Source: an uncultured Solirubrobacteraceae bacterium
Lineage (GTDB): Bacteria; Actinomycetota; Thermoleophilia; Solirubrobacterales; Solirubrobacteraceae
Direction: 5' to 3'
Length of the DNA: 64,000 nucleotides
Assembly: GCA_964588985.1 (NCBI GenBank)
Contig: CAZPQW010000005.1
Location: 64,001-128,000 of the forward strand
Shown: in pieces, positions 9,561 through 19,362 of the stretch
Layout of the letters: each line of letters begins with the position of its first letter
Numbering within the stretch: the first letter of the stretch is position 1
Notes under the pieces: generated by a model
The model's database searches: none
What the model was told of the DNA's origin: nothing
Seen by the model: only the letters and a program-made list of their open reading frames with translations
Translations under genes and position numbers: made by a program

Positions 9561-10228
9561 GCGAGCGCTCCCGCGGAGACGGGGTGGGACTGCCGGTAGG
9601 CTTCGGCGTAGCCGAGAACTTTGGTGACGTAGCTCTGGGTTTCCGCATACGGCGGCACCCCGCCGTACTGCTTCACAGCCCCCGGGCCGGCGTTGTATGC
9701 GGCGAGCGCGTCGGTGGCGCTGCCGCCGAACTCGCTCATCATCTGGCTGAGGTAGCGCGCGCCGCCTTCGATCGCTTCGGCTGGGTCGAGCGGGTTGGCG
9801 ACGCCGAGCGAGGAGGCGGTACCGGGCATCAGCTGGGTGAGCCCGCTCGCGCCGGCGCTGCTCTGCGCGTTGGGGTCGAAGCCGGACTCCTGCTGGATCA
9901 GCCCGTGCAGCACGGCCGGGTCGACGCCGTAGCGCTGGGAGGCCTGTTCGATCAGCGCGTCGTAGGGAGTGGACTGCGCGGCGCCGGTCGTGCCCGCGTA
10001 GGCGGCGGGCACGGCGGTGTTGGCGGTCGTCGCGGCCTGCAGCGCGGAGGCGAAGGCGGTGGGCTGGGCTTCAGTGGCCGAGCCGCTCGTGGCGGCGCCC
10101 GGCACGATCCCGGTGACGGCCGACTGGCGCGTCTGTTCGATCATCGCCTGCAGCTGCTGGACGCGCTGCGCGATCGCGAGCTCGCCGGCGCTCACACCCG
10201 CGGACGGGGCGATCGCTTCGGTGCTCAC
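9557..10228 (-). CDS. Lytic transglycosylase (SLT domain)
   Basis: QQESGF, AGASGLTQLMPGTA, ALAAYNAGPGAV, GGVPPYAETQSYV. Confidence 0.92.
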   Translation of the reverse strand: MSTEAIAPSAGVSAGELAIAQRVQQLQAMIEQTRQSAVTGIVPGAATSGSATEAQPTAFASALQAATTANTAVPAAYAGTTGAAQSTPYDALIEQASQRYGVDPAVLHGLIQQESGFDPNAQSSAGASGLTQLMPGTASSLGVANPLDPAEAIEGGARYLSQMMSEFGGSATDALAAYNAGPGAVKQYGGVPPYAETQSYVTKVLGYAEAYRQSHPVSAGALA

Positions 10229-10683
10229 GCGGAGCTCCTGCCGAAGCGGCTGGAGGCGATCTCGTCGAGGCTGTTGCGCTCCACGCGGGCGGCCTCGCGG
10301 TCGTGCTCGCCGCGGTGGCGCTCCCTGAGGCGGTTGAGCATCTCGTGCTCGCTGGCGGCGGCGGTGAGCTTGGCGTCGCTCTCGGCGACCTCCGCCTCGC
10401 GCTGGGCGAGCTCGTGGGCGTGACCGTTGCGCTGCGCCTCGATGCGCTCGAGGAACGACTGGCGCACCTGCAGCTCGCCCGCGCTGATGGGGCCGGGCTC
10501 GGCGACCACGCTGCGCTGTTCGACGTGCGCCTGCGCGATGTTCGCCTCGGTGGCTCTGAGCTCCTCCTCGGTGCTCGAGCGCCGGGAGATCGCCTGCGCG
10601 AGATCCTGCTTGGCGAGCTTCTCGGCGCGCTCGCGAACGGCGCGTACGCGCTCGAGGCGAAAGCGAAATGCGGGTCCGGTCAC
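10225..10683 (-). CDS. fliJ: Flagellar export protein FliJ
   Basis: FRFRLERV start, coiled coil, LDEIA end; after fliI. Confidence 0.88.
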   Translation of the reverse strand: MTGPAFRFRLERVRAVRERAEKLAKQDLAQAISRRSSTEEELRATEANIAQAHVEQRSVVAEPGPISAGELQVRQSFLERIEAQRNGHAHELAQREAEVAESDAKLTAAASEHEMLNRLRERHRGEHDREAARVERNSLDEIASSRFGRSSA

Positions 10684-10690
10684 TGCCTGG

Positions 10691-10717
10691 TAATCGGACG
10701 AGCGGTTGCGTTCTTTA
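10691..10717 (-). promoter_or_regulatory. Sigma-28-type promoter of fliJ operon
   Basis: TAAA-N15-TCCGATTA, 7 nt before GTG. Confidence 0.7.
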
Positions 10718-10738
10718 GCCGCGCGGGGAAGGCGCGTC

Positions 10739-12199
10739 TCAGATGCTCAGACCGAGCGCCGGGATCGCGGGCGCCTCGCCCGTGACGATGCTCGGCGCGG
10801 CGGCGGCCTGCGGCGCGGGGTGCACCTCCTCGGCGTCGGGGATCTCGCCGTCGAGACGCTCGAGCTCGCCGGTGAGCGACGCCGCGAGCTCGATCAGGCG
10901 GGCGTCCGTGTCGTCGGGGTCGGAGTGCTCGCTGACGGCCTGGCGCAGGAACGCCTCGATCCGCGCGCGGTGCGAGAGGGCGGCGTCGAGCGCGGGGTCG
11001 CTGCCGGGCTGGTAGGCGCCGATCGCGACGAGGTCTTCCTTCTCGTGCAGCACCGCGAGCGCGGCGCGCAGCTGCTGCCCGGCGCGCGCGACCTCCGGTG
11101 AGACGATCTCCCCGACGAGGCGCGAGACGCTCTGCAGCACGTCGATCGCGGGGTAGTGCCCGGCGTGGGCGAGCGGGCGCGTGAGCACCACGTGCCCGTC
11201 GAGGATCGATCGCACCGCGTCGGCGATCGGCTCGTTCATGTCGTCGCCGTCGACGAGCACCGTGTAGAGCGCGGTGATCGAGCCGTCGGTGCTCGTGCCG
11301 GCGCGCTCGAGCAGCCGCGGCAGCAGCGCGAACACGCTCGGGGTGTAGCCGCGGGTGGCGGGCGGCTCGCCGATCGCGAGGCCGACCTCGCGCTGAGCCA
11401 TGGCGAAGCGCGTGACGGAGTCCATCATCAGCATCACGTCGTGGCCCTGGTCGCGGAAGTACTCCGCGATGGTGGTGGCGGTGAAGGCGGCCTTGATGCG
11501 CACGAGCGCGGGCTGGTCGGAGGTGGCGACGACGACGACGGAGTGCGCGAGCGCGTCGCCGAGGTCGCGCTCGATGAACTCCCGCACCTCGCGTCCGCGC
11601 TCGCCGACGAGCGCGATCACGTTGATCTGGGCGCTCGTGGAGCGGGCGATCATCCCCAGCAGCGAGGACTTGCCGACGCCCGAGCCGGAGAAGATGCCGA
11701 GCCGCTGGCCGCGCCCGCAGGGCACGAGCCCGTCGAGCGCGCGCACGCCGAGCCCGACGCGCTCGCTGATGCGGGGCCTGGTGAGCGCGCCGGGGGGCGC
11801 TGCGATGGTGGAGCGGGGCAGGCCGCCGGGGTCGCCGCGGCCGTCGTCGGGCACGCCAAGCCCGTCGACGATCCGCCCGAGCAGCCCCCGCCCCACGTTC
11901 ACGCGAAACGGCGCGCCGGTGGCGAGCACCCTGGTTCCGGGCCCGATGCCGTGCAGCTCGCCGAGCGGCATCAGCAGCGTGCGCCCTTCCCGGAACCCGA
12001 CCACCTCGGCGGACACCGCCGCGCGGTTGCGGTCGGTCCCCACGAGGCACACCTCGCCGACCTCCGCCTGCAGGCCGGTGGCCTCGATGATCAGCCCGAT
12101 GAGGTTCGAGACGAAGCCGTGGCGGCGGGCGAGATCGGCCTCGCGGACGGCCTCCGTGGCTCTGTCGAGCAGCGCGCCCACGACCGGCTGCTCGCTCAC
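10739..12199 (-). CDS. fliI: Flagellar export ATPase FliI
   Basis: GSGVGKS Walker A, IALVGERGREV, DSVTRFAMAQRE; GTG at 12199 overlaps fliH stop. Confidence 0.96.
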   Translation of the reverse strand: MSEQPVVGALLDRATEAVREADLARRHGFVSNLIGLIIEATGLQAEVGEVCLVGTDRNRAAVSAEVVGFREGRTLLMPLGELHGIGPGTRVLATGAPFRVNVGRGLLGRIVDGLGVPDDGRGDPGGLPRSTIAAPPGALTRPRISERVGLGVRALDGLVPCGRGQRLGIFSGSGVGKSSLLGMIARSTSAQINVIALVGERGREVREFIERDLGDALAHSVVVVATSDQPALVRIKAAFTATTIAEYFRDQGHDVMLMMDSVTRFAMAQREVGLAIGEPPATRGYTPSVFALLPRLLERAGTSTDGSITALYTVLVDGDDMNEPIADAVRSILDGHVVLTRPLAHAGHYPAIDVLQSVSRLVGEIVSPEVARAGQQLRAALAVLHEKEDLVAIGAYQPGSDPALDAALSHRARIEAFLRQAVSEHSDPDDTDARLIELAASLTGELERLDGEIPDAEEVHPAPQAAAAPSIVTGEAPAIPALGLSI

Positions 12200-12810
12200 G
12201 TGGGTGGCTCTTCGCCGGCGAGCGCAGCGGCGAGCACCTCGCCGGCCCGCTCCAGCTGGGTCTGCACGCCCGCGTCGATCTCGCCCTCGGTGGTGCGCAC
12301 GATCGCGCCGCCTAGCTCGACGCGCTGGTCGGACTGCAGGTCGCACAGCTCGATGCCGGCGACCTGGGCCTGCAGGTCGCCGATCGCCGCCTGCAGCGTG
12401 TCGAGGTCGGCGGGGTTGACGAGCACGGCGATCCCACGGCGGTCGCTGACGCGGCGGAGCGCTCCCTGCACGACGTCGACGACCAGCTCGGGGCGCGCGT
12501 GCAGCGCCCCGGCGAGAATCTTGCCGGCGAGGTCGAGTGCGAGCTGCACGGCGTCGCGTTCGACCGACTCGACCGTCTCGGTTCGCAGCGACTCCACGCC
12601 CTGAAGCGCCTCGCCGAGCGCGGCGGCCACGGCGGATACGTCGGCCGATCCCTCGACGCGGCCGGCGGCGCGGCCCTCCGCACGCGCCTGCTCGCGGATC
12701 TCCTCGGCTTCGGCGTGCGCCTGCGCGAGCGCTCGCGCGGCCGCGTCGCGCGGGGGCGGCGGAGACGGTTCGAGGTTCTCGAAGGCGTAGCTGACGGCCG
12801 CGTCAGACAA
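12196..12810 (-). CDS. fliH: Flagellar assembly protein FliH
   Basis: AxxxG repeats, VNPAD, GGAIVRTTEGEIDA; between fliG and fliI. Confidence 0.88.
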   Translation of the reverse strand: MSDAAVSYAFENLEPSPPPPRDAAARALAQAHAEAEEIREQARAEGRAAGRVEGSADVSAVAAALGEALQGVESLRTETVESVERDAVQLALDLAGKILAGALHARPELVVDVVQGALRRVSDRRGIAVLVNPADLDTLQAAIGDLQAQVAGIELCDLQSDQRVELGGAIVRTTEGEIDAGVQTQLERAGEVLAAALAGEEPPT

Positions 12811-13891
12811 CGTCTGAGCCCCCTTCGCCGTCGCCTTCTTCGCCGCCCGGGATCACGATCGTGCCCGCCTCCTCGAGCCTGCGCACGACCGCCACGATGC
12901 GGCTCTGCGCGGCCTCGACGTCGCGTTTGCGCTGCGGAGGCTGGACCTCCATCTCCTCCTTGAGCATCGCCGCGCCGCGCTCGGACATGTTCGTGAGGAC
13001 CGCGTCCATGACGTGCTCCTCGACACCGCGCAGCGCGAGCACGAGATCCTTCTGGTCGACCTCGCGCAGCACCTGCTGGATGGCGCGCTCTTCGAGTTTG
13101 ACTATGTCCTCGAACACGAACAGCATGCCGCGCACTTCCTCGGCGAGCTCCTTGTCGGTGGTGGTGAGGCTGTCGAGCACGTTTTTCTCGAGGCTGCGGT
13201 CGGCGTGGTTGAGGATCCCCGCGAGCGCCTTGGCGCCGCCGGCGGCCTTGTACTCCTCCTCGGTCTCCTCGCCCATCTTGGCGCGGATCGCCGCCTCGAT
13301 CTGCTGGATGACCTGCGTGCTGGCGTCGCCCATGCGCGCGATCCGCAGCGCGACGTCGGGCTGCTCGGCCTCGGGCAGGCGCGAGAGGACGCGGGCGGCG
13401 AGGTTGGCGGTGAGGCTCGCGAGCACGAGCGCGATCGTCTGCGGCGACTCGCCGCGCAGCAGCGTGACGATCTGCTCGGGCGGGATGCGGCGCAGGAACT
13501 CGAACGGGCGCGATTCGTTGTTCGATAGCCGGCCGAGGATGTCGGCCGCGCGCTCGGCCCCGAGCGCGCGTTCGATCACTTCGTGGGCGAACTCGAGCCC
13601 GCCGGCGACCGCCCCCGGGAGCTGGCCGGCTCCGGCGGTTAGCTCGGTGAAGATCGACTCGGTGGTCTCCGCGGCGACGTTATGCAGCCGCGCCATCTCG
13701 CGCGAGAGGCTCTCGATCTCTTCCTCGCCGAGCAGCTGGATCAGGCTCGCGGCGCGCTCGGGCCCGAGTGCGGCCATCAACACCGCGGCCTTGCGCGCAC
13801 CGGAGATACGCGGCGGCCCGACGGCCATGCCGGTCTGGGTCGCTCCCGCGGGGAGCGCCGGCAGGACCTCCCCGTGCAGCTCACCGGCCAC
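12803..13891 (-). CDS. fliG: Flagellar switch protein FliG
   Basis: RKAAVLM, ESPQTIALVLA, MLFVFEDI, NMSERGA motifs. Confidence 0.95.
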   Translation of the reverse strand: MAGELHGEVLPALPAGATQTGMAVGPPRISGARKAAVLMAALGPERAASLIQLLGEEEIESLSREMARLHNVAAETTESIFTELTAGAGQLPGAVAGGLEFAHEVIERALGAERAADILGRLSNNESRPFEFLRRIPPEQIVTLLRGESPQTIALVLASLTANLAARVLSRLPEAEQPDVALRIARMGDASTQVIQQIEAAIRAKMGEETEEEYKAAGGAKALAGILNHADRSLEKNVLDSLTTTDKELAEEVRGMLFVFEDIVKLEERAIQQVLREVDQKDLVLALRGVEEHVMDAVLTNMSERGAAMLKEEMEVQPPQRKRDVEAAQSRIVAVVRRLEEAGTIVIPGGEEGDGEGGSDVV

Positions 13892-13897
13892 CTGGTG

Positions 13898-15454
13898 TTA
13901 CCCCTCCTGGATCCAGCTGCGGACCTGCTGGGCGACGAGATCGGGGTCGTTGGCGGCGAGCTGTTCGACCTGCAGGCGCAGCGGGTCGGTGCTGCCGTTG
14001 CCGTTGGCGACAGCTCCGGGGCCGGCGCTGCCGTTGGGCGGCGAGGCGGCCGCGCCGGCCATCGCGGCCGCCCGCGGCGCGGTCTCGCGTTCGAGCTCGG
14101 ACAGACGCATCGGCGCCTCCAGCTCGCGCAGCCACACGGGCTCGCCGATCGCTTCGGTCTCGCGGTTGCGCAGCGCGCGGGTGGTGAAGAACAGGAACAG
14201 CAGCGCGCCGATGCCGAGCAGCGCGTACTTGGCGTAGCCGATCATCGAGCTGGTGGACGCGGCGGCCGCGGCGGTGGACTTGGGGAACACCACCTGTCCG
14301 AGGGAGATCGTGTCTCCGCGCTTGGCCTGTAGGCCTGCGGCGTTGGTGATCGCTTCGCGGATCGCAGGCAGCGAGGCGGCGGGCACGGAGTGGTCGAGGA
14401 GCACAGAGACGTGCTGGCTTTCGACCGTGCCGGGCGCGATGGTGGAGTGTGTGACGGTCTTGCCGACCGCTAGCTGGGAGTTGGTGGTTTCGCGCTTGTA
14501 GTTCGATTTGCCGCCCGATGCGCCGGCGGCGGCGGTGAGGTTCGCGGTGCCGGTCGCGCCGCCCGCGCCGGTCCCCGTGCCCGTCAGCGTCTCAAGCTGT
14601 TTGCTCTGCGACTGCGGCACGCCGGCTTTCGTGTAGGTGAGCGATTCCTGGGTGGTCTGGTTGACGTTCATGTTCGCGTACACGAGCACCTGCGCCTTGC
14701 CCGGCCCGAGCGTCTGCGCGAGCATCGCGTCGAGGCTCGCGGCCATCGTCTGGTCGTAGCGCTGCTCGGCTTCCTGCACGGTCGCGCCGGAACCCCCGCC
14801 GGCGGCGCCGCCGGGCGCCGGCCACAGCAGCTGACCGGAGGCGTCCGTGATCGTGACTTTGCTGAGCTGCAGGCCGGGCACGCTCGAGGTGACGAGCTGT
14901 GCGATCCCCTTCACCGAGCCCTGGTCCAGAGACGTCGTCCCCGAGAGCAGAACCGCGGCCGAGGAGGCGCCCTGGCTTTCGCCGAACAGCTGGTTCTGGG
15001 CGCTGGGCAGCACGAGCGACACCTGCGCGCCGGATACCCCCTGGACGGAGTTGATCGTCTGCTCGAGCTGTCCCTGCAGCGCTCGCTGATAGGTGACCTG
15101 CTGCTGGAAGTTGCTTTCGCCCAGTTTTTGTTTTTCGAAGAGTTCGAAGCCGGGCTGGCTGTTGCCGAGCAGGCCAGCGCCGGCGAGGGCGACGCGCGCG
15201 GTGGCGGTCTGACTGGACTGCACGGCGATCGCGGTGCCGTTGTTCTGCAGCTGGTAGTTGACCCCCTTCGCGCTGAGGGCGCTCGTCATCTTGCCCGTCT
15301 GCGCGGGGTCGAGGCCGCTGGCGAGTGTCGAGTAGCTCGGCTGGGAGACCAGGTGCAGGAACATGTACGCAAACAGGATCACGCCGACGACGAAGCCGCC
15401 CGCGATCAACCATGCGCGAGGGGTGAGCCTTGAGGCGAGCTGGGCGATGGGCAA
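13898..15454 (-). CDS. fliF: MS-ring protein FliF
   Basis: GFELFEK, QVTYQRALQGQLEQTI, two TM helices. Confidence 0.93.
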   Translation of the reverse strand: MPIAQLASRLTPRAWLIAGGFVVGVILFAYMFLHLVSQPSYSTLASGLDPAQTGKMTSALSAKGVNYQLQNNGTAIAVQSSQTATARVALAGAGLLGNSQPGFELFEKQKLGESNFQQQVTYQRALQGQLEQTINSVQGVSGAQVSLVLPSAQNQLFGESQGASSAAVLLSGTTSLDQGSVKGIAQLVTSSVPGLQLSKVTITDASGQLLWPAPGGAAGGGSGATVQEAEQRYDQTMAASLDAMLAQTLGPGKAQVLVYANMNVNQTTQESLTYTKAGVPQSQSKQLETLTGTGTGAGGATGTANLTAAAGASGGKSNYKRETTNSQLAVGKTVTHSTIAPGTVESQHVSVLLDHSVPAASLPAIREAITNAAGLQAKRGDTISLGQVVFPKSTAAAAASTSSMIGYAKYALLGIGALLFLFFTTRALRNRETEAIGEPVWLRELEAPMRLSELERETAPRAAAMAGAAASPPNGSAGPGAVANGNGSTDPLRLQVEQLAANDPDLVAQQVRSWIQEG

Positions 15455-15457
15455 CGA

Positions 15458-15829
15458 TCAGGCCTGGGTTTGGAAGATGCTCTGGACGGCTTCGGTCGCC
15501 TTCGTGCGGATCTGGGAGGCGAGTTGCATCGCCAGCTGCGCGTCCTCGACGGTGACGACGGCTGTCTCGGGATCCTTGACGGTCCCGGTCGCAAGCGCCT
15601 GCGCGGCGCTGTTGCCACTCTGCTGAGTCTTCTCCAGCGAGGAGATCGCGTTCGTGAGCTCGCTGCCGAAGCCACCCGACGTCGATTCGATCGCGCCGCT
15701 GGGTTCGGCGCCCTGCGCGAGTCCTTCGGCCTGCGCCGCGGCGGGCGCTTTGAGCGCGCCTTCGGCCTGGGCTCCGCCGAGCGTGCCACCCAGCCCGCCG
15801 GTCAAGCCGCCGATCGGCGGGATGATCAT
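15458..15829 (-). CDS. fliE: Hook-basal body protein FliE
   Basis: AQLAMQLASQIRTKATEAVQSIFQTQA C-terminus; flgC-fliE-fliF order. Confidence 0.88.
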   Translation of the reverse strand: MIIPPIGGLTGGLGGTLGGAQAEGALKAPAAAQAEGLAQGAEPSGAIESTSGGFGSELTNAISSLEKTQQSGNSAAQALATGTVKDPETAVVTVEDAQLAMQLASQIRTKATEAVQSIFQTQA

Positions 15830-16272
15830 TTGAGCAGTCCCAGGGTCGCGGTGAACATCGACTTGGCGGTCTGCATCGCGGTGACGTCCGACTGGTAGGA
15901 CTGCTGCTCGGAGATCAGGTCGGTCATTTCTGTGACGGTGCTGACGTTCGGCATCTTCACGTAGCCCTGCGCGTTGGCTTCGGGGTTGGTGGGGTCGTAC
16001 ACCTGGCGGTCGGGGGTGGCGTCGCTGACGATCCCCGACACCTGCACGCCACCCGCGGTCGGCACGCCGGACTGGGCGAGCGCGCCGGAGAGCGCGCCTT
16101 CGAAGCTGTTCGAGCCAGCCTGCGCGAGCACGACCTCCTGACGCTGGTAGGGCAGGCCGTTGGCGCCCTTGGTGGTGTCGGCGTTGGCGAGGTTCTCCGC
16201 GGTGACGTCCATGCGGATGCGCTGCGCGCTGAGGCCCGTGCCGGCAATGCCGATCGCGTCGAACAGGCCCAT
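15826..16272 (-). CDS. flgC: Basal body rod protein FlgC
   Basis: RMDVTAENLANADTT, YDPTNPEANAQGYVKMPNV. Confidence 0.95.
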   Translation of the reverse strand: MGLFDAIGIAGTGLSAQRIRMDVTAENLANADTTKGANGLPYQRQEVVLAQAGSNSFEGALSGALAQSGVPTAGGVQVSGIVSDATPDRQVYDPTNPEANAQGYVKMPNVSTVTEMTDLISEQQSYQSDVTAMQTAKSMFTATLGLLK

Positions 16273-16622
16273 CAGAGGATCCCGATCGCGGTGCGCATGA
16301 TCGTGTTGCGAGCTCCCATGACCTCGGTGATCGCCTGGTAGTCGAGCCCGTTTTCGGCGAGCTTGGCCGATTCCTGATCGACGCTCACGCCGGCGCCGTT
16401 GGGGCCGGCTTCGATCGGCTCGGTTTCGGTCTGGAACTGCACTTCTTCGGGGGATTCGCCGACGTTCATGGCGCTCTGCAGCGCCGACTCGAAGTTGACC
16501 TCCTGCGGCTTGTAGCCGGGGGTGTCGGCGTTGGCGATGTTGTTCGTGAGCGCGGTCTGGCGTTGCCAGGAGCCGCGCATGGCGGCCTCGAGCAGCTGCT
16601 GGGTCGAGTCGACGAGGGCCAT
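16272..16622 (-). CDS. flgB: Basal body rod protein FlgB
   Basis: RQTALTNNIANADTPGYK, SVDQESAKLAEN. Confidence 0.93.
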   Translation of the reverse strand: MALVDSTQQLLEAAMRGSWQRQTALTNNIANADTPGYKPQEVNFESALQSAMNVGESPEEVQFQTETEPIEAGPNGAGVSVDQESAKLAENGLDYQAITEVMGARNTIMRTAIGIL

Positions 16623-16632
16623 CGTGCCCTCG

Positions 16633-16659
16633 TGATCGGCCCGGAACGGTGGATCTTTA
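16633..16659 (-). promoter_or_regulatory. Sigma-28-type promoter of flgB operon
   Basis: TAAA-N15-GCCGATCA. Confidence 0.75.
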
Positions 16660-16670
16660 GGGCGCTTGGG

Positions 16671-17024
16671 TCAAGCGCTGCGGTCGAGGCGCGGGAGCCG
16701 CGCGGGCTGCTCGCCGTAGCCGTGGGCGGTGCGGCGGGCGCGCGTGGCGGTGGTGAGCTCCGCCACCAGCGCGTCGCGCAGGCGCAGCAGCTCGATGCGC
16801 GTGCGCTCGTGGATCAGGTGAGCGCGTTCGAGCAGCGACGCGGCCGCGGCGGGTGGAGGGGTGGGCAGACCCGCGACCAGATCGTCCCAGCTCTCGCCGA
16901 GCGCGAGCAGGCCGTCGACGTCGCCGCGGCCGGCGAGCTCGAGTTCCAGCTCGGCGTGCGCGTGGATCGCCTCGTAGCGCGTGAGCGGTCCGTCGACCGT
17001 GTTCTCGCGCGCGGGCGTCCTCAC
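16671..17024 (-). CDS. FliT-like flagellar chaperone
   Basis: 117 aa helical protein coupled to fliS; ends ...HGYG...LDRSA; assignment mainly positional. Confidence 0.6.
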   Translation of the reverse strand: MRTPARENTVDGPLTRYEAIHAHAELELELAGRGDVDGLLALGESWDDLVAGLPTPPPAAAASLLERAHLIHERTRIELLRLRDALVAELTTATRARRTAHGYGEQPARLPRLDRSA

Positions 17025-17404
17025 CCCTGCGAGACCTCAGAGGCGACCTGGGACCATGCCTCGCGCAGCTCGCCGAGCAGCTCGCTGACCTCTTCCAGCT
17101 TGGCGGGATCCTGGTGGATGCGCCCGCTGTTGAGGTGCTTGAGGCAGAACCCGTAGATCGTGTGCAGCTGCTCGGGGAGCTGGCCCTGCTCGAAGTCGAG
17201 TGTGGCGTCGAGGTGGGCGATGATCATCTCGGCGCGGCGCAGCGTGTTGTGCGCCCGCTCGATCTGCCCGTCGCGCATCGCCACCGTGGCCTGGCGCAGG
17301 AAGCGCCGCGCGCCGTCGTAGAGCATCACCACGAGCTCGCCCGGCGCCGCGGTGAGCACGGCGCTCTGGCGGTAGGCCTGCGGCGATGCCATCAGATTGC
17401 TCAT
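17021..17404 (-). CDS. fliS: Flagellin chaperone FliS
   Basis: TAAPGELVVMLYDGA, LDFEQG, LGELREAW. Confidence 0.95.
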   Translation of the reverse strand: MSNLMASPQAYRQSAVLTAAPGELVVMLYDGARRFLRQATVAMRDGQIERAHNTLRRAEMIIAHLDATLDFEQGQLPEQLHTIYGFCLKHLNSGRIHQDPAKLEEVSELLGELREAWSQVASEVSQG

Positions 17405-17412
17405 CTGGAGAG

Positions 17413-17439
17413 TGATCGGCCTGGCGCGGACAAAGCTGA
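17413..17439 (-). promoter_or_regulatory. Sigma-28-type promoter of fliS
   Basis: TCAG-N15-GCCGATCA, 8 nt before ATG. Confidence 0.65.
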
Positions 17440-17461
17440 AGTCCGACGCTCGCCGGCCGCG

Positions 17462-18850
17462 CTAGAGCCCGGAGTTGTTGAGCGACTTTTCCTGGCTCAC
17501 GAGCCACGACGACTGTGCGCTGTTCTGCGAGATCACGCCTTCGAGCTGCGCGTAGGTTGCCTGCAGAGCGCGCTGGCGCACGGCGAGCATCTCGTTCATC
17601 GTGCTGATCCGCTGGGTCATGTTGCTGATCTGGCTGGCGTCGCCTTCGATCCTTCCACCGAGCGTCCCGGCGGGTTCGGCCATCGAGGTGACCATGCCCT
17701 GCAGGTTCTTCGCCCACTTCTGCAGCATCGACTGGGCGCCCGCGGGGTTGGCTTCGATCGCTTCCTTGAGCTTTGTGGGGTTGAGGCTCAGCTGACCTTC
17801 GAGCGTGGACTGCGAGCTGCTGCCACCGCTTGCCGAGCCCGTGCTGAGGCCGATGTCGGCAGGGCTCGCCATGCCTTCCGTCAGGCCTTCGATCGGTTCG
17901 TACATCGCTTGGCGCATGCGGCTGAGCAGCCCCGTGAGGTTCTGGTCGCCGAACAAAGCCCCGGTGGCGAATTCGGCCGCGTTGGCGGCGTGGGCGGGCG
18001 GCTTGGTGGTGACCTGCTTCTGGATCGCCGCGACGGTGCTGTTGTAGAGCGTGACGAACGACTGCACCTGCGTTTCGACCGCGGTCACGCTCGGGCCTGG
18101 AGCATGGATGTTGATCGTCACCGGCCCGGTCGTCGTGACGCCTTCCAGTTTCAGGGTCACACCGGGGATGGCGCTGGTGACGGTGTTGGAGGCGGAGGTT
18201 CCCGCGACACCGTCGACGGAATATTCGGCGTTCTTGCCTTCTTTGGCGGTTCCGGGCTGTTCGGCGATCGCTCCCTGCGTGTCGATCACGTTGATGAATT
18301 CGGCGCCCGTGTTGCCGGTGGCGCGGCTGGAGAAGACGATGCCGCCTTCCACGACGGCGGCATAAACGGTGGCGGTGGCATCGGAGTTGATCTTGCTGGC
18401 GAGTTCTTTGGCGCTCGCGCCGGCCGCGATCTTGTATTCGTGCCCGTCGATCGTGATCGTGTCTGCTTCCGTGGGGCTCGTGAAGGTGAACGTTCGCTGT
18501 GCCGCGTTGGCGAGCTGTTTGACTTCGACCTGGTGACCACCGACGCCCGCACCGGACGTGGTGACGGCGCTGACGCGCGTGGGTTCGCTGGAGGTGACGG
18601 TCTGGGAGCTTTCGAACAGCGACGGCAGGCTGAATTCGGAGAGCTCGAAGGAGAGCTGCTGCAGGCTCGTCTGGATGCTCTGGAGCTGACCCTGCTCAGC
18701 CTGGAGCTTTTCCTGCTGGGTGGTGAGGCGTTTGACCGGAGCGCGTTCGGCGCTCATCAACGCTTCGATGATCGCGGCGGTGTTGAGACCCGACGCGAGC
18801 CCGGAGAAGTTGATCGTGGAGCCGCCGGTGTTGACAGAGCCCGAGGACAT
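17462..18850 (-). CDS. fliD: Filament cap protein FliD
   Basis: FSGLASGLNTAAIIEALMSAE, VKQLANA, FVTLYN, C-terminal coiled coil. Confidence 0.93.
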   Translation of the reverse strand: MSSGSVNTGGSTINFSGLASGLNTAAIIEALMSAERAPVKRLTTQQEKLQAEQGQLQSIQTSLQQLSFELSEFSLPSLFESSQTVTSSEPTRVSAVTTSGAGVGGHQVEVKQLANAAQRTFTFTSPTEADTITIDGHEYKIAAGASAKELASKINSDATATVYAAVVEGGIVFSSRATGNTGAEFINVIDTQGAIAEQPGTAKEGKNAEYSVDGVAGTSASNTVTSAIPGVTLKLEGVTTTGPVTINIHAPGPSVTAVETQVQSFVTLYNSTVAAIQKQVTTKPPAHAANAAEFATGALFGDQNLTGLLSRMRQAMYEPIEGLTEGMASPADIGLSTGSASGGSSSQSTLEGQLSLNPTKLKEAIEANPAGAQSMLQKWAKNLQGMVTSMAEPAGTLGGRIEGDASQISNMTQRISTMNEMLAVRQRALQATYAQLEGVISQNSAQSSWLVSQEKSLNNSGL

Positions 18851-18856
18851 GACTCG

Positions 18857-19201
18857 CTATCCCAGTGTCTTCCCGGCCGCGATGTCGAACACCTCGGCCG
18901 TCGAGAGAGCCCTGACGGCGTTGCCGTCGTCGAGCTCGACCTTGACGCGGCCGGTCTCGGAGAAGGAGAAGCGCACCTCCTGCCCGCGCTCGCGCAGCTG
19001 CTCGCCTATACGACCTGCGGCGGCCATCTGCTCCAGTACCTCGGGCGGCGGACCGCTGCGGGTGGCCTCGACCCTGAGCGAGCGCTCGCTGGCGGCGAGC
19101 TCGGCGACGAACGCCGCCATGTTGGTGGCGTCGCTCGGTGCGGACGACGTCGGTTCGGATGGGGCCCGAGGGTCCCTGATCGGCATGATCGGCGAGCTCA
19201 T
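18857..19201 (-). CDS. FlaG-like flagellar protein
   Basis: ATG at 19201 with GGGAG SD; EVRFSFSETGRVKVELDDGNAVRAL resembles FlaG; upstream of fliD. Confidence 0.6.
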   Translation of the reverse strand: MSSPIMPIRDPRAPSEPTSSAPSDATNMAAFVAELAASERSLRVEATRSGPPPEVLEQMAAAGRIGEQLRERGQEVRFSFSETGRVKVELDDGNAVRALSTAEVFDIAAGKTLG

Positions 19202-19281
19202 ATGGCGTTTTCTCCCTGAAAACGTGTGGTTACGCGGTCCGGTCCATGGGCCGCCTCGCTCATGGTGTGTTTCGTTCATGG

Positions 19282-19308
19282 TGATCGACGTCCTCCGGGA
19301 AAACTTGA
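19282..19308 (-). promoter_or_regulatory. Sigma-28-type promoter of flaG-fliD
   Basis: TCAA-N15-GTCGATCA. Confidence 0.65.
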
Positions 19309-19362
19309 AGTATTTCCCGCGATGAGAGCCGAGTTGCCGAAGCTGCACACGCGACAGCACGG